Shown: positions 21,601 through 30,894, numbered from the stretch's first letter. The stretch is DNA of 64,000 bases from Candidatus Enterousia sp. (GCA_045646605.1 JAZRLA010000002.1:15940-79939), one strand, 5' to 3'. Program-made: numbers and translations. Notes: generated by a model not told the origin, from the sequence alone.

Positions 21601-21900
21601 GGAACAGGCGAACAATGCACATACACATTGTCGTGCAATAATACTTCTCAAGTTCCGTATAGTGGTGGAGCACGCCCCAGTAGCAACTCTCCCACTGCAG
21701 TGACAATTTCTTGCGATGGGGTGGATGGATACAGCAATGCACCTTGCGTGGCGAGTTATTTAACCAGTAAGATACAAGCGTATATCTGTGGAGATACTCC
21801 GGGCTCTGGTGGTTCTGGGGATTCTGGTGATTCCGGCGGTACGGGTAGTGATGAAGGCGATATAGGTTCTGGTACCTCCGGTGGCACCCAAAGCAATTAA
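18601..21900 (+). CDS. Giant secreted Cys-rich surface protein (1099 aa), tandem to the previous one
   Basis: N-terminal hydrophobic signal. Cys/Asn/Thr/Gly/Tyr-rich throughout. C-terminal Gly/Ser/Asp tail (GSGGSGDSGDSGGTGSDEGDIGSGTSGG). 22 bp after the upstream gene. Confidence 0.8.
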   Translation: MNMKKTFIYSICGCFVTGVATATTYWLNIIPNTCTGHTICLTQPTDGSCCSANDTIEKFPVASGSKGGTISLGSRNIAIFDATGTPTTFTNENIRNSLINATSNGSHLSVTKIPADTTLVSVTVNMQGGSLPLGFTGNTMAMEPGDVILSAGVTRADGANLAGFYKSGQSPSTATSIITVDSTPSQTYIAKWECGEGLEMNSKGTCISSNTVYMKSDGTVMDPNEIDIKSGGSNGCTLLTKGKVHLYDYNPTAPDDLKNNMYYYMYRDGPNGSYDNNIIYRPYSDSDHNPYMGTIVTLNNISQVQNYNYLHTGSPNNGVTLYCRSNGCWWSEQGAELPMVVYHTSSQNDCTWCGSDCTMYTYPNNGQTIYYWQCPCIKAYDVPGEGECVPAYLGCTYLPQVTEDGTTEMVCVPQGQYSAAHTEDLVWGLRQPKAIGWTFRGYYLSNTDADLYTTENTNVGAPVNGFGTGNPNNREKVINITSPIAVCGTSGQTAYEITLYGAWAKNCNPSDHATCNMSINGVGASPSSYGTGDVYYSASCQNGYNIESGSGTYNPVCSTDVSGSVDLNYKFINQYGNYIKKNNSMYTVENSCSYGQGYTLLSATSFTNALGTGYSLRYLKIGTGSNGSYFTQNYGLGCSTNVFGADVNSVDVTGYVCDECVPENGTCVDVDYSPSIQYPTSGSAHQTATLWGANTNKGYTACKKLSCAEGYTLRQNEATGHMYCAQECEPGKTFLDGECRTPYEACIYNCQQNQDPSKCGSNLTDFSSYCSTETFVCPPLNAPTGLSITNVAKTNSPKECKYTVDCANGIGTVYEGGQMIHTQDNELHIWTSNTTSDYIHYNDDGSVTVTCTDTDCKQEKLSNLKCLICPAYNGSDTTVTVHNPTRSDKNRTCSYNISCKATVVPRILLKKRARNDSCYVWNETDEPNYCAIDNIDADSTDTFTPTDTVTCTANQCTAGYMSTPYHFLSTEFAKYKCIHTSAFSCPTISGNSGVAVTKRLGTGEQCTYTLSCNNTSQVPYSGGARPSSNSPTAVTISCDGVDGYSNAPCVASYLTSKIQAYICGDTPGSGGSGDSGDSGGTGSDEGDIGSGTSGGTQSN

Positions 21901-21977
21901 CCCGATCCGCGGGTGGCGGATGTTCAAATTCACATTAACCGGCAAAGGGGAAACAAAAACGCGGTATCTGCATCGGG

Positions 21978-22200
21978 TTGCAGAGAATCGTCACCCCGCC
22001 GAAGGGCGGGGCCCAGGCCGAGCGTAGCGAGGACTTGCTCCGCAGGATTCTGAAACAAGTTCGAAATGACGATTTACTTGATGTCTGCGACGCAAGTTTT
22101 TACTTTCGCAAAAACTGGATCCCGGCCTTTGCCGGGATGACGGCGTTCTGGGAATTTGGCATAAAACACGGGCGCGAACGCGCCCGCACTAACCACTCAC
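21978..22200. repeat. Mosaic GC-rich hairpin repeat, instance B1
   Basis: Modules GTCACCCCGCCGAAGGGCGGGG, CCAGGCCGAGCGTAGCGAGGAC, GTCTGCGACGCAAGTTTTTAC…, GATCCCGGCCTTTGCCGGGATGACGGCGTTCTGG, then a GGGCGCGAACGCGCCC hairpin and CACTAACCACTAAC units. Shares modules with B2, B3 and B4. Confidence 0.6.
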
Positions 22201-22208
22201 ACTAACCA

Positions 22209-22499
22209 CTAACACTTGCGTGATACCCTTTCACGAAACTCTGCGCATGGCCGGAAAGAAACAACCCGTCGCGCCGTTACAATTGCCACCTCTCCGGTTT
22301 TTGGGTTGCGACCCACGCGTGCCGATTTATCCAAAATCTTGAATGTGCCGAAACCGGCAAACTTTACTTCTTCGCCATTTATTAATGATTCACATATTTC
22401 ATCAAATATTAAATCAATCAGTTTTCCTGACTGCGACGCCGTAAAGCCAAACTTGTCGCGCAATGTTAACGCCAAATCATTCCTTGTTATCGTTGCCAT
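22209..22499 (-). CDS. hup: HU/IHF-family DNA-binding protein
   Basis: 96 aa. …GFGTFKILDKSARVGRNPKTGEVAIVTARRVVSFRP… is the typical HU arm. Confidence 0.85.
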   Translation of the reverse strand: MATITRNDLALTLRDKFGFTASQSGKLIDLIFDEICESLINGEEVKFAGFGTFKILDKSARVGRNPKTGEVAIVTARRVVSFRPCAEFRERVSRKC

Positions 22500-22592
22500 T
22501 TTTTACATCCCCCGGTTATGTTTTGTATCTAAATACTGTGTCCAGATATTATACAGATTTTAATATAACTTGCAATATCAAAATCAAAGATT

Positions 22593-22824
22593 GTTAAAGC
22601 GCGATTAAGGTACGAAATGGTGATAATTCCAGAACACCGTCATCCCGGCGCAGGCCGGGATCCAGGCCGAGCACAGCGAGGACCCGCGTCGCAGACAGTT
22701 TGTCGTCGCTGTGCGACGATAAATCCCCTGCGGGGCAAGTTTTTGCATTTGCAAAAACTAGATACCGCCCTTCGGCGGTATGACAATTCTTTGGAATTTT
22801 AAGTGTCGTTAATTGCACATTGAC
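22593..22824. repeat. Mosaic GC-rich hairpin repeat, instance B2, flanked by an 18-bp direct repeat
   Basis: CCAGAACACCGTCATCCCGGCGCAGGCCGGGATCCAGGCCGAGCACAGCGAGGAC…GATACCGCCCTTCGGCGGTATGAC. Flanked by ATATCAAAATCAAAGATT at 22575-22592 and 22825-22842. Confidence 0.6.
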
Positions 22825-22857
22825 ATATCAAAATCAAAGATTAAAATATACCTGCGT

Positions 22858-22933
22858 GTCCCCATAGTTCAATCGGATAGAACAAGTTCCTCCTAAGAAT
22901 TAGATGTCGGTTCGATTCCGGCTGGGGATACCA
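22858..22933 (+). tRNA. tRNA-Arg (anticodon CCT)
   Basis: Manual fold: acceptor GTCCCCA/TGGGGAT; D stem GTTC/GAAC; anticodon stem AGTTC/GAATT with loop CTCCTAA; T arm GTCGG-TTCGATT-CCGGC; encoded CCA. Confidence 0.85.
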
Positions 22934-22938
22934 AAGAA

Positions 22939-23280
22939 ATGGATTTTATTATGAAAAATCGCGCTGTGAAAATTGGAATTATTGCCGGAATTTTGCCACA
23001 CATGTTTTGCTGTGTGTTGCCGGTTGTGTTGGGATTGGTGGGATTGGTTGCGCCAGGCGTATTGGATCATGACTTTATACCACACGATGCGGAAAAATGG
23101 CTGTTTGTGTTTTCCGGATTAATGTTGTGTTTGTCTTGGATTATGTATTTTTCAAATCGTGAATGTAATTGCGAACACTGTGACGCGACGCATCATCACC
23201 GCGTGCAAATGATAATTTTGGTTTGTATAACGATTTTGACGGTCGGCGGAATTGTTGCGCATTTGTTTTTGCACCACTAA
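22939..23280 (+). CDS. Small Cys/His-rich integral membrane protein (113 aa)
   Basis: Three or four predicted TM segments with CC, CNCEHC and HHH motifs. Immediately 3' of the tRNA-Arg. Confidence 0.5.
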   Translation: MDFIMKNRAVKIGIIAGILPHMFCCVLPVVLGLVGLVAPGVLDHDFIPHDAEKWLFVFSGLMLCLSWIMYFSNRECNCEHCDATHHHRVQMIILVCITILTVGGIVAHLFLHH

Positions 23281-23286
23281 AAAATT

Positions 23287-25275
23287 TTACCACAAACGCG
23301 TGCGTTCTTCGGGACGCAGGTACATTTTGTTGCCGGGTTTAACATTGAACACATCATACCATGCGTCAATATGCGGCAAAATTCCGTTCACGCGCCAACG
23401 ATTCAGCGAATGTTCGTTCGTTTTCGTTTGAACCAAAACCTGTTCATCGCGAATATTCCCCGCCCATGCGCCCGCGTACGCAATAAAGAACCGCATGTCC
23501 GGGGTAAGGTTTTGAACCGTTTCGGTTTTTTTACCAAAATTCTTATACGCCGTATACGCAATTGTCACACCGCCATAGTCCGCCAAATTTTCGCCCAGTG
23601 TAAATTCGCCATTCGCATGTGTGTCGGGCGCAACGACTATATTATCAAAATATTTCCGCATAACATTCGCGCGCGCGGTGAATGCGTTCGAATCCGCATC
23701 CGTCCACCAATCGCGCATATTGCCGTATTCATCAAAATGCCGGCCCGAATCATCAAACCCATGCGTCATTTCATGTCCAATTATCGCACCAATCGCGCCA
23801 TAGTTAAATGCATCATCCGCATTCATATCAAAAAACGGCGGTTGCAAAATTCCCGCGGGAAAGCAAATCTCATTCGTTGTCGGATCATAATACGCATTAA
23901 TTTCGTGCGCATTCATATACCAAAGCGTTGGGTCTTTTTCTTTGCCGATTTTTGCCAACCAAAATTCATCTTCGAATTTCGCAACACGCATCATATTTTC
24001 AAATAAACTTTCATTTTTATCCAAATGCAAATTTGAATAATCGCGCCATTTATCCGGATAACCGATTTTCGCCCGGAAAGCATTTAATTTCCGCAACGCG
24101 TTTGCACGTGTGTTATCCGACATCCAATCAAGTTTTTGAATGCGGGCGGTATATGCACGACGCAGATTTTCAACCAATTCTTGCATACGAATTTTTGCCG
24201 CGGCCGGAAAATATTTCGATACATAAAGTCGCCCGATTTCTTCGCCAATCGATCCATTCAACATACCAATTGCGCGTTTCCAACGGGGCTTTTGTTCACG
24301 TTGTCCCGACATTTCACGATTAAAGAAATCAAATGATATTTCGTATGTTTCATCGTCTAGTAACGAATCGGCCGCCAAAATAACATGATACTTTAAATAT
24401 GATTTTATTAAACTAAGGTCAGTATCGTTTATGATTTTTATCGATTCCTTTATCGCCTCTGGCTGACCCACATCGATAAATTTCGCGGCATTTGCGCCAC
24501 GTATATCGAAATACGTTTTCCAATCAAACCCACCATATTCACGAATAAAATCATCGCGTGAAATTTTATGATAGTTTGCATGCGGGTCGCGCAGTTTTTC
24601 TTTTGTATAAAAAGATTTTGCCATGCGCTCTTCTAAATCATAAATCTTTTGCGCATCCGCATTTACACCAAAATTTTTTAATTGTTTTACGATAAAATCC
24701 ACATACTTTTTACGAATTTCTTTTGTTCGTGCATCGTCATCAAAATAGTAATCACGTGGCAAACCGATGCCCGATTGATGCAAACCGTAAATAAAATGTT
24801 CACTGTCACCCGCATCAATTCCAACCGTGTCGCCCCAAAATCCAGAAAAATAGGCATGATGTTCACCCAAATATTTTGGTAAATCCGATTTCGATTTTAT
24901 TTTGTCAATTTTTTCAAAATACGGCTTAACAGGCTGTGTCTTATCGGTGTTCAATTTTTTTTCATCCATTGCGACACCGTAAAGCAGGCCGATCTTTCCA
25001 TTGTCATTTTCGGCGATTTCACGCACCCGATTAAGGTTTGTTTCATTTAATACCTCAAACACACCATATCGAACATAATCATCGGGAATCGGGTTTGCAT
25101 TTCGCCACCGCAACGTCACAAAGTCAAAAAAATCATCAGCCGGATTTATCGCAAAATCCAAATTGTTAATGTTGAAACCCGTATCCATTTTTTTACCCCC
25201 TTTGATTTGTATTGCAAACATTATTGCCAACACAACGGCAACAATTCCAAAAATGTTTAATAAAGTATGTCGCAT
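23287..25275 (-). CDS. pepO: M13-family zinc metallopeptidase (neprilysin/PepO-like)
   Basis: HEMTHGFDD zinc motif, NAYY, GENLADYGG. N-terminal membrane anchor. Confidence 0.9.
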   Translation of the reverse strand: MRHTLLNIFGIVAVVLAIMFAIQIKGGKKMDTGFNINNLDFAINPADDFFDFVTLRWRNANPIPDDYVRYGVFEVLNETNLNRVREIAENDNGKIGLLYGVAMDEKKLNTDKTQPVKPYFEKIDKIKSKSDLPKYLGEHHAYFSGFWGDTVGIDAGDSEHFIYGLHQSGIGLPRDYYFDDDARTKEIRKKYVDFIVKQLKNFGVNADAQKIYDLEERMAKSFYTKEKLRDPHANYHKISRDDFIREYGGFDWKTYFDIRGANAAKFIDVGQPEAIKESIKIINDTDLSLIKSYLKYHVILAADSLLDDETYEISFDFFNREMSGQREQKPRWKRAIGMLNGSIGEEIGRLYVSKYFPAAAKIRMQELVENLRRAYTARIQKLDWMSDNTRANALRKLNAFRAKIGYPDKWRDYSNLHLDKNESLFENMMRVAKFEDEFWLAKIGKEKDPTLWYMNAHEINAYYDPTTNEICFPAGILQPPFFDMNADDAFNYGAIGAIIGHEMTHGFDDSGRHFDEYGNMRDWWTDADSNAFTARANVMRKYFDNIVVAPDTHANGEFTLGENLADYGGVTIAYTAYKNFGKKTETVQNLTPDMRFFIAYAGAWAGNIRDEQVLVQTKTNEHSLNRWRVNGILPHIDAWYDVFNVKPGNKMYLRPEERTRLW

Positions 25276-25276
25276 T

Positions 25277-26335
25277 TTATTTCACCAACCTTTGAATTAA
25301 ATTATCAAGAATCAAAATTCCCGCATCTGTTGCGCGAATTCGATTGTCAGATTTGAACTCTATCACATCGGGATTCGATTTTGCAAATTCTATATTAATT
25401 ACTTTTTTTATTGTGTCGTCAATTTTTACACCGCATTGTGTTCGCATACCAGTTATAACACGTTCAATTGCACGTTCCGAATCGGCCAGTTTTTGAAATA
25501 ATTTTCCGCCACCCATTTCTTCGTACCAAACGTTATCAATCAAAATTCGACCTGCGGCCCCGTCACCAATTCCAATATACGGTGCGCCATCCCAAACATT
25601 TTGATTATGTCGGCATTCAAATCCATTTTTTGCATAGTTTGAAACTTCATATCTATTTAGTTCTAATGTTTTTGCAATTGCCGTGTACATTTCCGCCATA
25701 ACCTCATTAGACGGCATTTGTAAATTCATTTTTCCAAATGGTGTGTTTGGTTCAATTGTCAATTCATACATCGAACAGTGCGACAATCCAATTTTATTTA
25801 TTTCATTGCAAGTTTTTATTACATCATCAACAGAATCTTTTGGCAAACCATATATAAAATCAGCTGAAACATTTTTTATTTGTGTCATTGCAATATCAAT
25901 CAAACGACGCGCATCATCGGCATTGTGCGCACGCCCAAGAAATTTCAATTTTTCATCATTAAAAGATTGCACGCCAATCGAAATTCGATTTACACCCGCA
26001 TCAAAAAAATCATGTAAACGATTTGCGTCAATTGTTTTTGGATTTGCCTCTATCGTAATTTCTGCACCATTCGATAATTCAAAATTTTTATGAATTGTAT
26101 TCATTATTTTTGCAAAAATTTGTATTGGCAAAAGCGAAGGTGTTCCACCACCAAAAAAAATTGTTGGCACCGAAATACGCCCCAACAAATCATGCCAGTG
26201 TTTTATTTCATTAACAATTTTTTCGGCATATGAATCCCAATCAGGCTTTGCACAGGCACGTGAAAAAAAAGCGCAATAATTGCATTTTGACATACAAAAC
26301 GGAACGTGGATGTAAATGTTATGCGGCGTTTTCAT
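25277..26335 (-). CDS. hemW: Radical-SAM heme chaperone HemW (HemN-like)
   Basis: CxxxCxxC (CMSKCNYC) near the N-terminus and HemN-family conservation; 352 aa. Confidence 0.85.
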   Translation of the reverse strand: MKTPHNIYIHVPFCMSKCNYCAFFSRACAKPDWDSYAEKIVNEIKHWHDLLGRISVPTIFFGGGTPSLLPIQIFAKIMNTIHKNFELSNGAEITIEANPKTIDANRLHDFFDAGVNRISIGVQSFNDEKLKFLGRAHNADDARRLIDIAMTQIKNVSADFIYGLPKDSVDDVIKTCNEINKIGLSHCSMYELTIEPNTPFGKMNLQMPSNEVMAEMYTAIAKTLELNRYEVSNYAKNGFECRHNQNVWDGAPYIGIGDGAAGRILIDNVWYEEMGGGKLFQKLADSERAIERVITGMRTQCGVKIDDTIKKVINIEFAKSNPDVIEFKSDNRIRATDAGILILDNLIQRLVK

Positions 26336-26444
26336 AACCCCGATATTACAACGGGGATAAAAATCTGCAATAAAAAATGTTAAAACTATTAAAATAGTTG
26401 TTTACAAAATATTGTCGATGTTATAATATCACATTGAAAGTGAG

Positions 26445-27977
26445 ATGATGAAAAGGGGAATAATATCTTTTTTACCGGCGTTGTGGGCCAGTTTTGCTGC
26501 ATTGGCGGCGAATGAAGGTGTGCCGGTTTATTACCAAGATGCGCCGGCAACTAACGCAAATCAGTCGAGTTATGGTGCGTATGCTGATAACGGTTATACA
26601 AAGTATGTTGGAAAGTCTGGTGAAAAACAGGTTGTGGGTACCCGTACGTATTCTTATACAACTGAAAAACGAAATCGTCCAACCCCAAGTATTGAAGAAT
26701 ATGCCGAAAATATCGGCTATGTTGGTGCTGGAACCATGACGGTAAATGGTGTCGGTTTGGCACCGGAACAGGAACGTTCAACACACTTTTATGCCGGATA
26801 TACACGTCGCTTTGCAAATTTTGAATTTAAGTCGGGTGTGAATTCAATACTTGAATGGGATGACATGATTTTTAATGAAATAAATGTTGGTGCCCGTCAT
26901 GTGTTTTCCTTTGGTAATTTTGATATGTTCGGTTTTGCCGATTATGCGTACGGTAAAATGTCAAATGGTGGGCTTTCCATGGATTACGATTTGGAACCAT
27001 ATGATTGGTCGGATCCAGAGTACGGAATTTTCACAATTTCAATGGGGGGACAATCCGGTGATTCGCATCATTTACGCCTTGGAATCGGGGCAAAGCATAT
27101 TTGGAACGTTGGTGGATGGAAATTTTCACCGGTGATTGGATACGAAATTTTCAAACACAATTTGGAAATGTCTGACCATTTATATCCAAACCAGGGAATT
27201 TATTTACCGCTTATGACAAATCTTGGTGAATATGTTTATGGAAATACAGAAGGGGAGTATTATTCATTACCAATTGACGTGTTGCCACCCGATGATTGGT
27301 ACCAGGTTTGTATGGGCCCCGAAGATATAAAAGTTGTGACACAAAGCGGAACATCAATGGGATATGCAACGTATCTTGGTGATGTTTTGCATACAATGGA
27401 TTATGACGAAGAAACGATGGGATACTTGCCTTGGGGTGTTTATGGTGGTGATTGTGTTATTATTGGGGGCGACGGACCGATAAAGGTTGGCGGACTTACG
27501 CACATATATAACACAACATGGAGTGGTTTCTATTTTGGTCTAGAAATAGAAAAACAAATGACACTTGCGGATAAATTGCGTCTGTATTTTCAAGTTGGTA
27601 TGCCAAAGTATTCATCCGAAGGTATATGGCCGAATCGTACGGATTGGCAACAAAACCCAAGTTTTTTGGATGAAGGAACAAATGGTTCCTATACATACGC
27701 GGCGGAATTGGAATATGATGTTCGTATCGCACCGCGGTTACAGTTGGCCTTAAAAGTTGATACGAATTTCTTTCATATTGGAAAGATACCTGGAAAACTT
27801 TACGTTGCCGAATATACTGAATTTGTAATGGATGAAAACGGTCAATATGTACTTGACGGAAATGGGTTACCATATCTACAAACGGTTCCCGCACATACCG
27901 AAGACGTGCAAGAATCATTAAAGTATGCAGATTGGCAATCGTTTGGCGTGCACCTAGGGTTTAAATATTCATTCTAG
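26445..27977 (+). CDS. Outer-membrane beta-barrel protein (510 aa)
   Basis: Signal peptide (…ASFAALAANE). Alternating amphipathic strands rich in Gly/Tyr. C-terminal …GFKYSF. Confidence 0.6.
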   Translation: MMKRGIISFLPALWASFAALAANEGVPVYYQDAPATNANQSSYGAYADNGYTKYVGKSGEKQVVGTRTYSYTTEKRNRPTPSIEEYAENIGYVGAGTMTVNGVGLAPEQERSTHFYAGYTRRFANFEFKSGVNSILEWDDMIFNEINVGARHVFSFGNFDMFGFADYAYGKMSNGGLSMDYDLEPYDWSDPEYGIFTISMGGQSGDSHHLRLGIGAKHIWNVGGWKFSPVIGYEIFKHNLEMSDHLYPNQGIYLPLMTNLGEYVYGNTEGEYYSLPIDVLPPDDWYQVCMGPEDIKVVTQSGTSMGYATYLGDVLHTMDYDEETMGYLPWGVYGGDCVIIGGDGPIKVGGLTHIYNTTWSGFYFGLEIEKQMTLADKLRLYFQVGMPKYSSEGIWPNRTDWQQNPSFLDEGTNGSYTYAAELEYDVRIAPRLQLALKVDTNFFHIGKIPGKLYVAEYTEFVMDENGQYVLDGNGLPYLQTVPAHTEDVQESLKYADWQSFGVHLGFKYSF

Positions 27978-27979
27978 TT

Positions 27980-29014
27980 ATGATGAACATAGTATATAGA
28001 ATGGTTTCGTTGTTTGTTGTATCATTTGCTATCTCGGCTTTGGCTGATAGTGGTGAATTTGATATGTCGCGCTGGACATCAATAATGGATGATGTGCGGT
28101 CGCGGGCGGTGGCCCAGAATATATCTGAATCGACAATAAATGACACGTTACGTTCGCCTGCATTTATTCCGTCAATTGTAAAAAGTGATAAAAATCAGTC
28201 TGAATTCAAATTAACATTGGACGAATATTTGAAACGCACGGTTAATACAACCCGAATTTCGCGTGGTCACCAAATGCGTGCAAAATACCCAACCTTGCTT
28301 TCGCGTGTTGAAGATATTTATGGGTTGCCACCACATGTTATTCTTGCGTTTTGGGGTATGGAATCAAACTATGGCGAAGTAAAGGCGCGACACAGGTTGA
28401 TAGACGCGTTCTTTACATTAATTTATGACGGCCGTCGTGAAAAATTTTTCAGTGACCAATTATTGGCGCTGATGAAAATAGCGGATAAAAATTCATTGGA
28501 TATAAATAAAATAAGGGGCAGCTGGGCCGGCGCAATGGGGCATTTCCAATTTATTCCAACAACGCTTGCATCGTATGGTGTGGACGGAAACGGCGACGGT
28601 CGTGTCGATATTATCGAAAGTGTTGGCGATGCAATGGCCAGTGCGGGAAATTACCTTAGTAAACTTGGGTGGAATAAAAACGAACGTATTGTTCGACGCG
28701 TTATTTTACCGGCGGATTTTGATACATCCTTGCTTGACGGTAAAACAAAGAAAACATTAAACGATTGGGCGCGTATGGGTGTGTTGAACCCCGATGGAAC
28801 CCCGATCCCGAGTGGTGAAATGGTCGCGGGTTTGGTCGCGGACACATCAAATTTGCCGGAACCAACATTGGATGAAAATCCGGATTCCGACATCGCACCG
28901 CGTCCGGTAATAACGGCTTATTTAACCTATCCAAATTTTTACCGCATAAAAAAATGGAATAATTCAAATTGGTATGCAATCGCGATTGCCGAATTGGCAG
29001 ATAAATTAAAGTAA
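27980..29014 (+). CDS. mltB: Lytic murein transglycosylase, MltB/Slt35 family
   Basis: …FWGMESNYG… (catalytic Glu context) and …SWAGAMGHFQFIPTT…DGNGDGRVD…ASAGNYL… typical of the SLT_2 family; signal peptide. Confidence 0.8.
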   Translation: MMNIVYRMVSLFVVSFAISALADSGEFDMSRWTSIMDDVRSRAVAQNISESTINDTLRSPAFIPSIVKSDKNQSEFKLTLDEYLKRTVNTTRISRGHQMRAKYPTLLSRVEDIYGLPPHVILAFWGMESNYGEVKARHRLIDAFFTLIYDGRREKFFSDQLLALMKIADKNSLDINKIRGSWAGAMGHFQFIPTTLASYGVDGNGDGRVDIIESVGDAMASAGNYLSKLGWNKNERIVRRVILPADFDTSLLDGKTKKTLNDWARMGVLNPDGTPIPSGEMVAGLVADTSNLPEPTLDENPDSDIAPRPVITAYLTYPNFYRIKKWNNSNWYAIAIAELADKLK

Positions 29015-29102
29015 ATTCCCATCAAAAAACCCAAAATAAAAAGATTGCACCGGCGGCTTTTGTTTGCTATCCTTATGATAGTTTTTAAACCAAGGATTTA
29101 TT

Positions 29103-30059
29103 ATGGCTATTAAGGTTCGCGATTTTGAAGTTAGACTAACACACACCAAAGAAGAACGTCGTATGGTGCGTCAATTGCGTTATGACGTTTTTGTCGCCGA
29201 AGAAGGTGCATCCGCCACCGACGAACAAAAAGAATTACACGAAGAATTTGACGAATTTGATAAATATGCCGAATATATGGCGGTATTTCATAACGGTAAA
29301 ATTGTCGGTACCTATCGTATTATTGATAAAAAGGCCGCGGACAAAATGGGCGGTTTCTATACCGAAACAGAATTTAATCTTTCAAAAATAAAAAAGGCAT
29401 CGGATAACATCGCGGAAATGTCGCGTGCATGTGTGGCGCGCGAATATCGTGAAAATGCACTTGTTATGCGTATGCTTTGGGCGGGACTTAGTGAATACGT
29501 TTTACGCCGGCGCATTGCGGTTTTGTTTGGTGTTGCATCATGGGTTGGCCAAAAACCGGTGGAATCGGCCCAGGCGATATCATACCTGTATTACAATTAC
29601 CTTTCGCCGTTGCGCCTGCGCGCGCGCGTGATACCGGAAAATTTTGCCGACGGCGTGGATCAACGCATGGCCCAAATGAATATTTTGCCACGCGCCTTTG
29701 TGGACGAAGAAATTGCAAAAAAACAAATGACACCACTTATAAAGGGTTACTTGCGCATGGGTGCAACCTTTGGCCAGGGTGTATTTATTGATAAACCGTT
29801 TAATACATACGATGTTTTTGTTATGTTGCAAACGAAAAATATGGATGCCGCGTATCAAAAGCATTTCTATGGTCGTGAAAATGCATTGGAACATTTGGAT
29901 GTTAAACGTCGCCCGATTCAAACATTGGGCAAAATAATGTTGTTGCCAATAACGGGGTCGTTGAATATGCTTGGTGCTTTTTTCGAATTTTTATTGCGTG
30001 AAGATGCGGCGGACGCGGAATTCATCGACGAATCACAGGTAACAGACGAAGAACAATAA
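29103..30059 (+). CDS. olsB: Ornithine-acyl-ACP N-acyltransferase (OlsB-like GNAT)
   Basis: Family resemblance (hemolysin-like acyltransferase fold, …RACVAREYRE…). Directly precedes a PlsC-type acyltransferase; olsB-olsA synteny. Confidence 0.65.
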   Translation: MAIKVRDFEVRLTHTKEERRMVRQLRYDVFVAEEGASATDEQKELHEEFDEFDKYAEYMAVFHNGKIVGTYRIIDKKAADKMGGFYTETEFNLSKIKKASDNIAEMSRACVAREYRENALVMRMLWAGLSEYVLRRRIAVLFGVASWVGQKPVESAQAISYLYYNYLSPLRLRARVIPENFADGVDQRMAQMNILPRAFVDEEIAKKQMTPLIKGYLRMGATFGQGVFIDKPFNTYDVFVMLQTKNMDAAYQKHFYGRENALEHLDVKRRPIQTLGKIMLLPITGSLNMLGAFFEFLLREDAADAEFIDESQVTDEEQ

Positions 30060-30060
30060 A

Positions 30061-30894
30061 ATGTCGGGTACACGGAAACAGAATTTTTTTAATACGATAA
30101 CCGGCGCACTGCGTTTTACGGCGTTTTGGATAATGGTTTTGTTACAGTTGCCTATATTGTTTGTATTGCCGGCGCGCAAAAAGATAACAGTAAAATATAT
30201 GTCGGTGTTTATGCGGATTTTTCTTTGGATTGCAAATGTTAAAATTGTAAAGCATGGCACAATGTCGACGCGGCGGCCATTGCTGGTTGCGGGCAATCAT
30301 ATTTCCGTGTTTGAAATTGCAACTTTTCCGGTTATGTTCGGGGGCAGTTTTATTTCCAAAAACGATGTCCGCAATTGGCCGCTTGTCGGGTGGGTTGCGA
30401 ATAAGTTTGGGGTCGTCTTTATCGATCGCCGTCCGTCACATGCGATGGAGGTATTAAAACAAGTGCAACATGAAATCGCAACCATCGATTGGCCACTTTA
30501 TGTTTTCCCCGAAGGCACCACAACCAACGGCGCGTATGTCAAGGAGTTCAAAAGTCCGCTTTTCAATGTCGCAGAAGGCGCGGATTTGACGGTTCAACCG
30601 GTTGTTATTCAATATTGCCACCATGATGGCACACCAATAAACGATGCGGACTTGGCGGAACATTATGCGTATTTCGATAATGCAAAACAAACCGCTGGTC
30701 CCAAATGTTCCCGCGAACGCAGCGCATTCGGCCAGGTTTTTCACATCATGGTTTTGGGCGGATTCCGTGTGAATGTTTATATGTTGCCGCCACCGCCACT
30801 GGCGGGAAAAGACAGAAAACAAATCGCAGAAACAATGTATGAAATAATTTCAAATAAATATATGGAACTTAAAGGTAATAAAAATGAGAATTGA
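30061..30894 (+). CDS. olsA: Lyso-ornithine lipid O-acyltransferase (PlsC family, OlsA-like)
   Basis: H(x)4E/D-type box (AGNHISVFE) and FPEGTTTNG motif of the lysophospholipid acyltransferase family. Confidence 0.6.
   Translation: MSGTRKQNFFNTITGALRFTAFWIMVLLQLPILFVLPARKKITVKYMSVFMRIFLWIANVKIVKHGTMSTRRPLLVAGNHISVFEIATFPVMFGGSFISKNDVRNWPLVGWVANKFGVVFIDRRPSHAMEVLKQVQHEIATIDWPLYVFPEGTTTNGAYVKEFKSPLFNVAEGADLTVQPVVIQYCHHDGTPINDADLAEHYAYFDNAKQTAGPKCSRERSAFGQVFHIMVLGGFRVNVYMLPPPPLAGKDRKQIAETMYEIISNKYMELKGNKNEN

Noticed and set aside
21978-22205. 75-aa ORF 'MQRIVTPPKGGAQAERSEDLL…IPAFAGMTAFWEFG', and 22617..22802 'VIPEHRHPGAGRDPG…'
   Set aside because: They are translations of the palindromic GC-rich repeat elements (GTCATCCCGGC…GCCGGGATGAC). 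The sequence differs between copies in a way that is constrained by hairpin pairing, not by codons.
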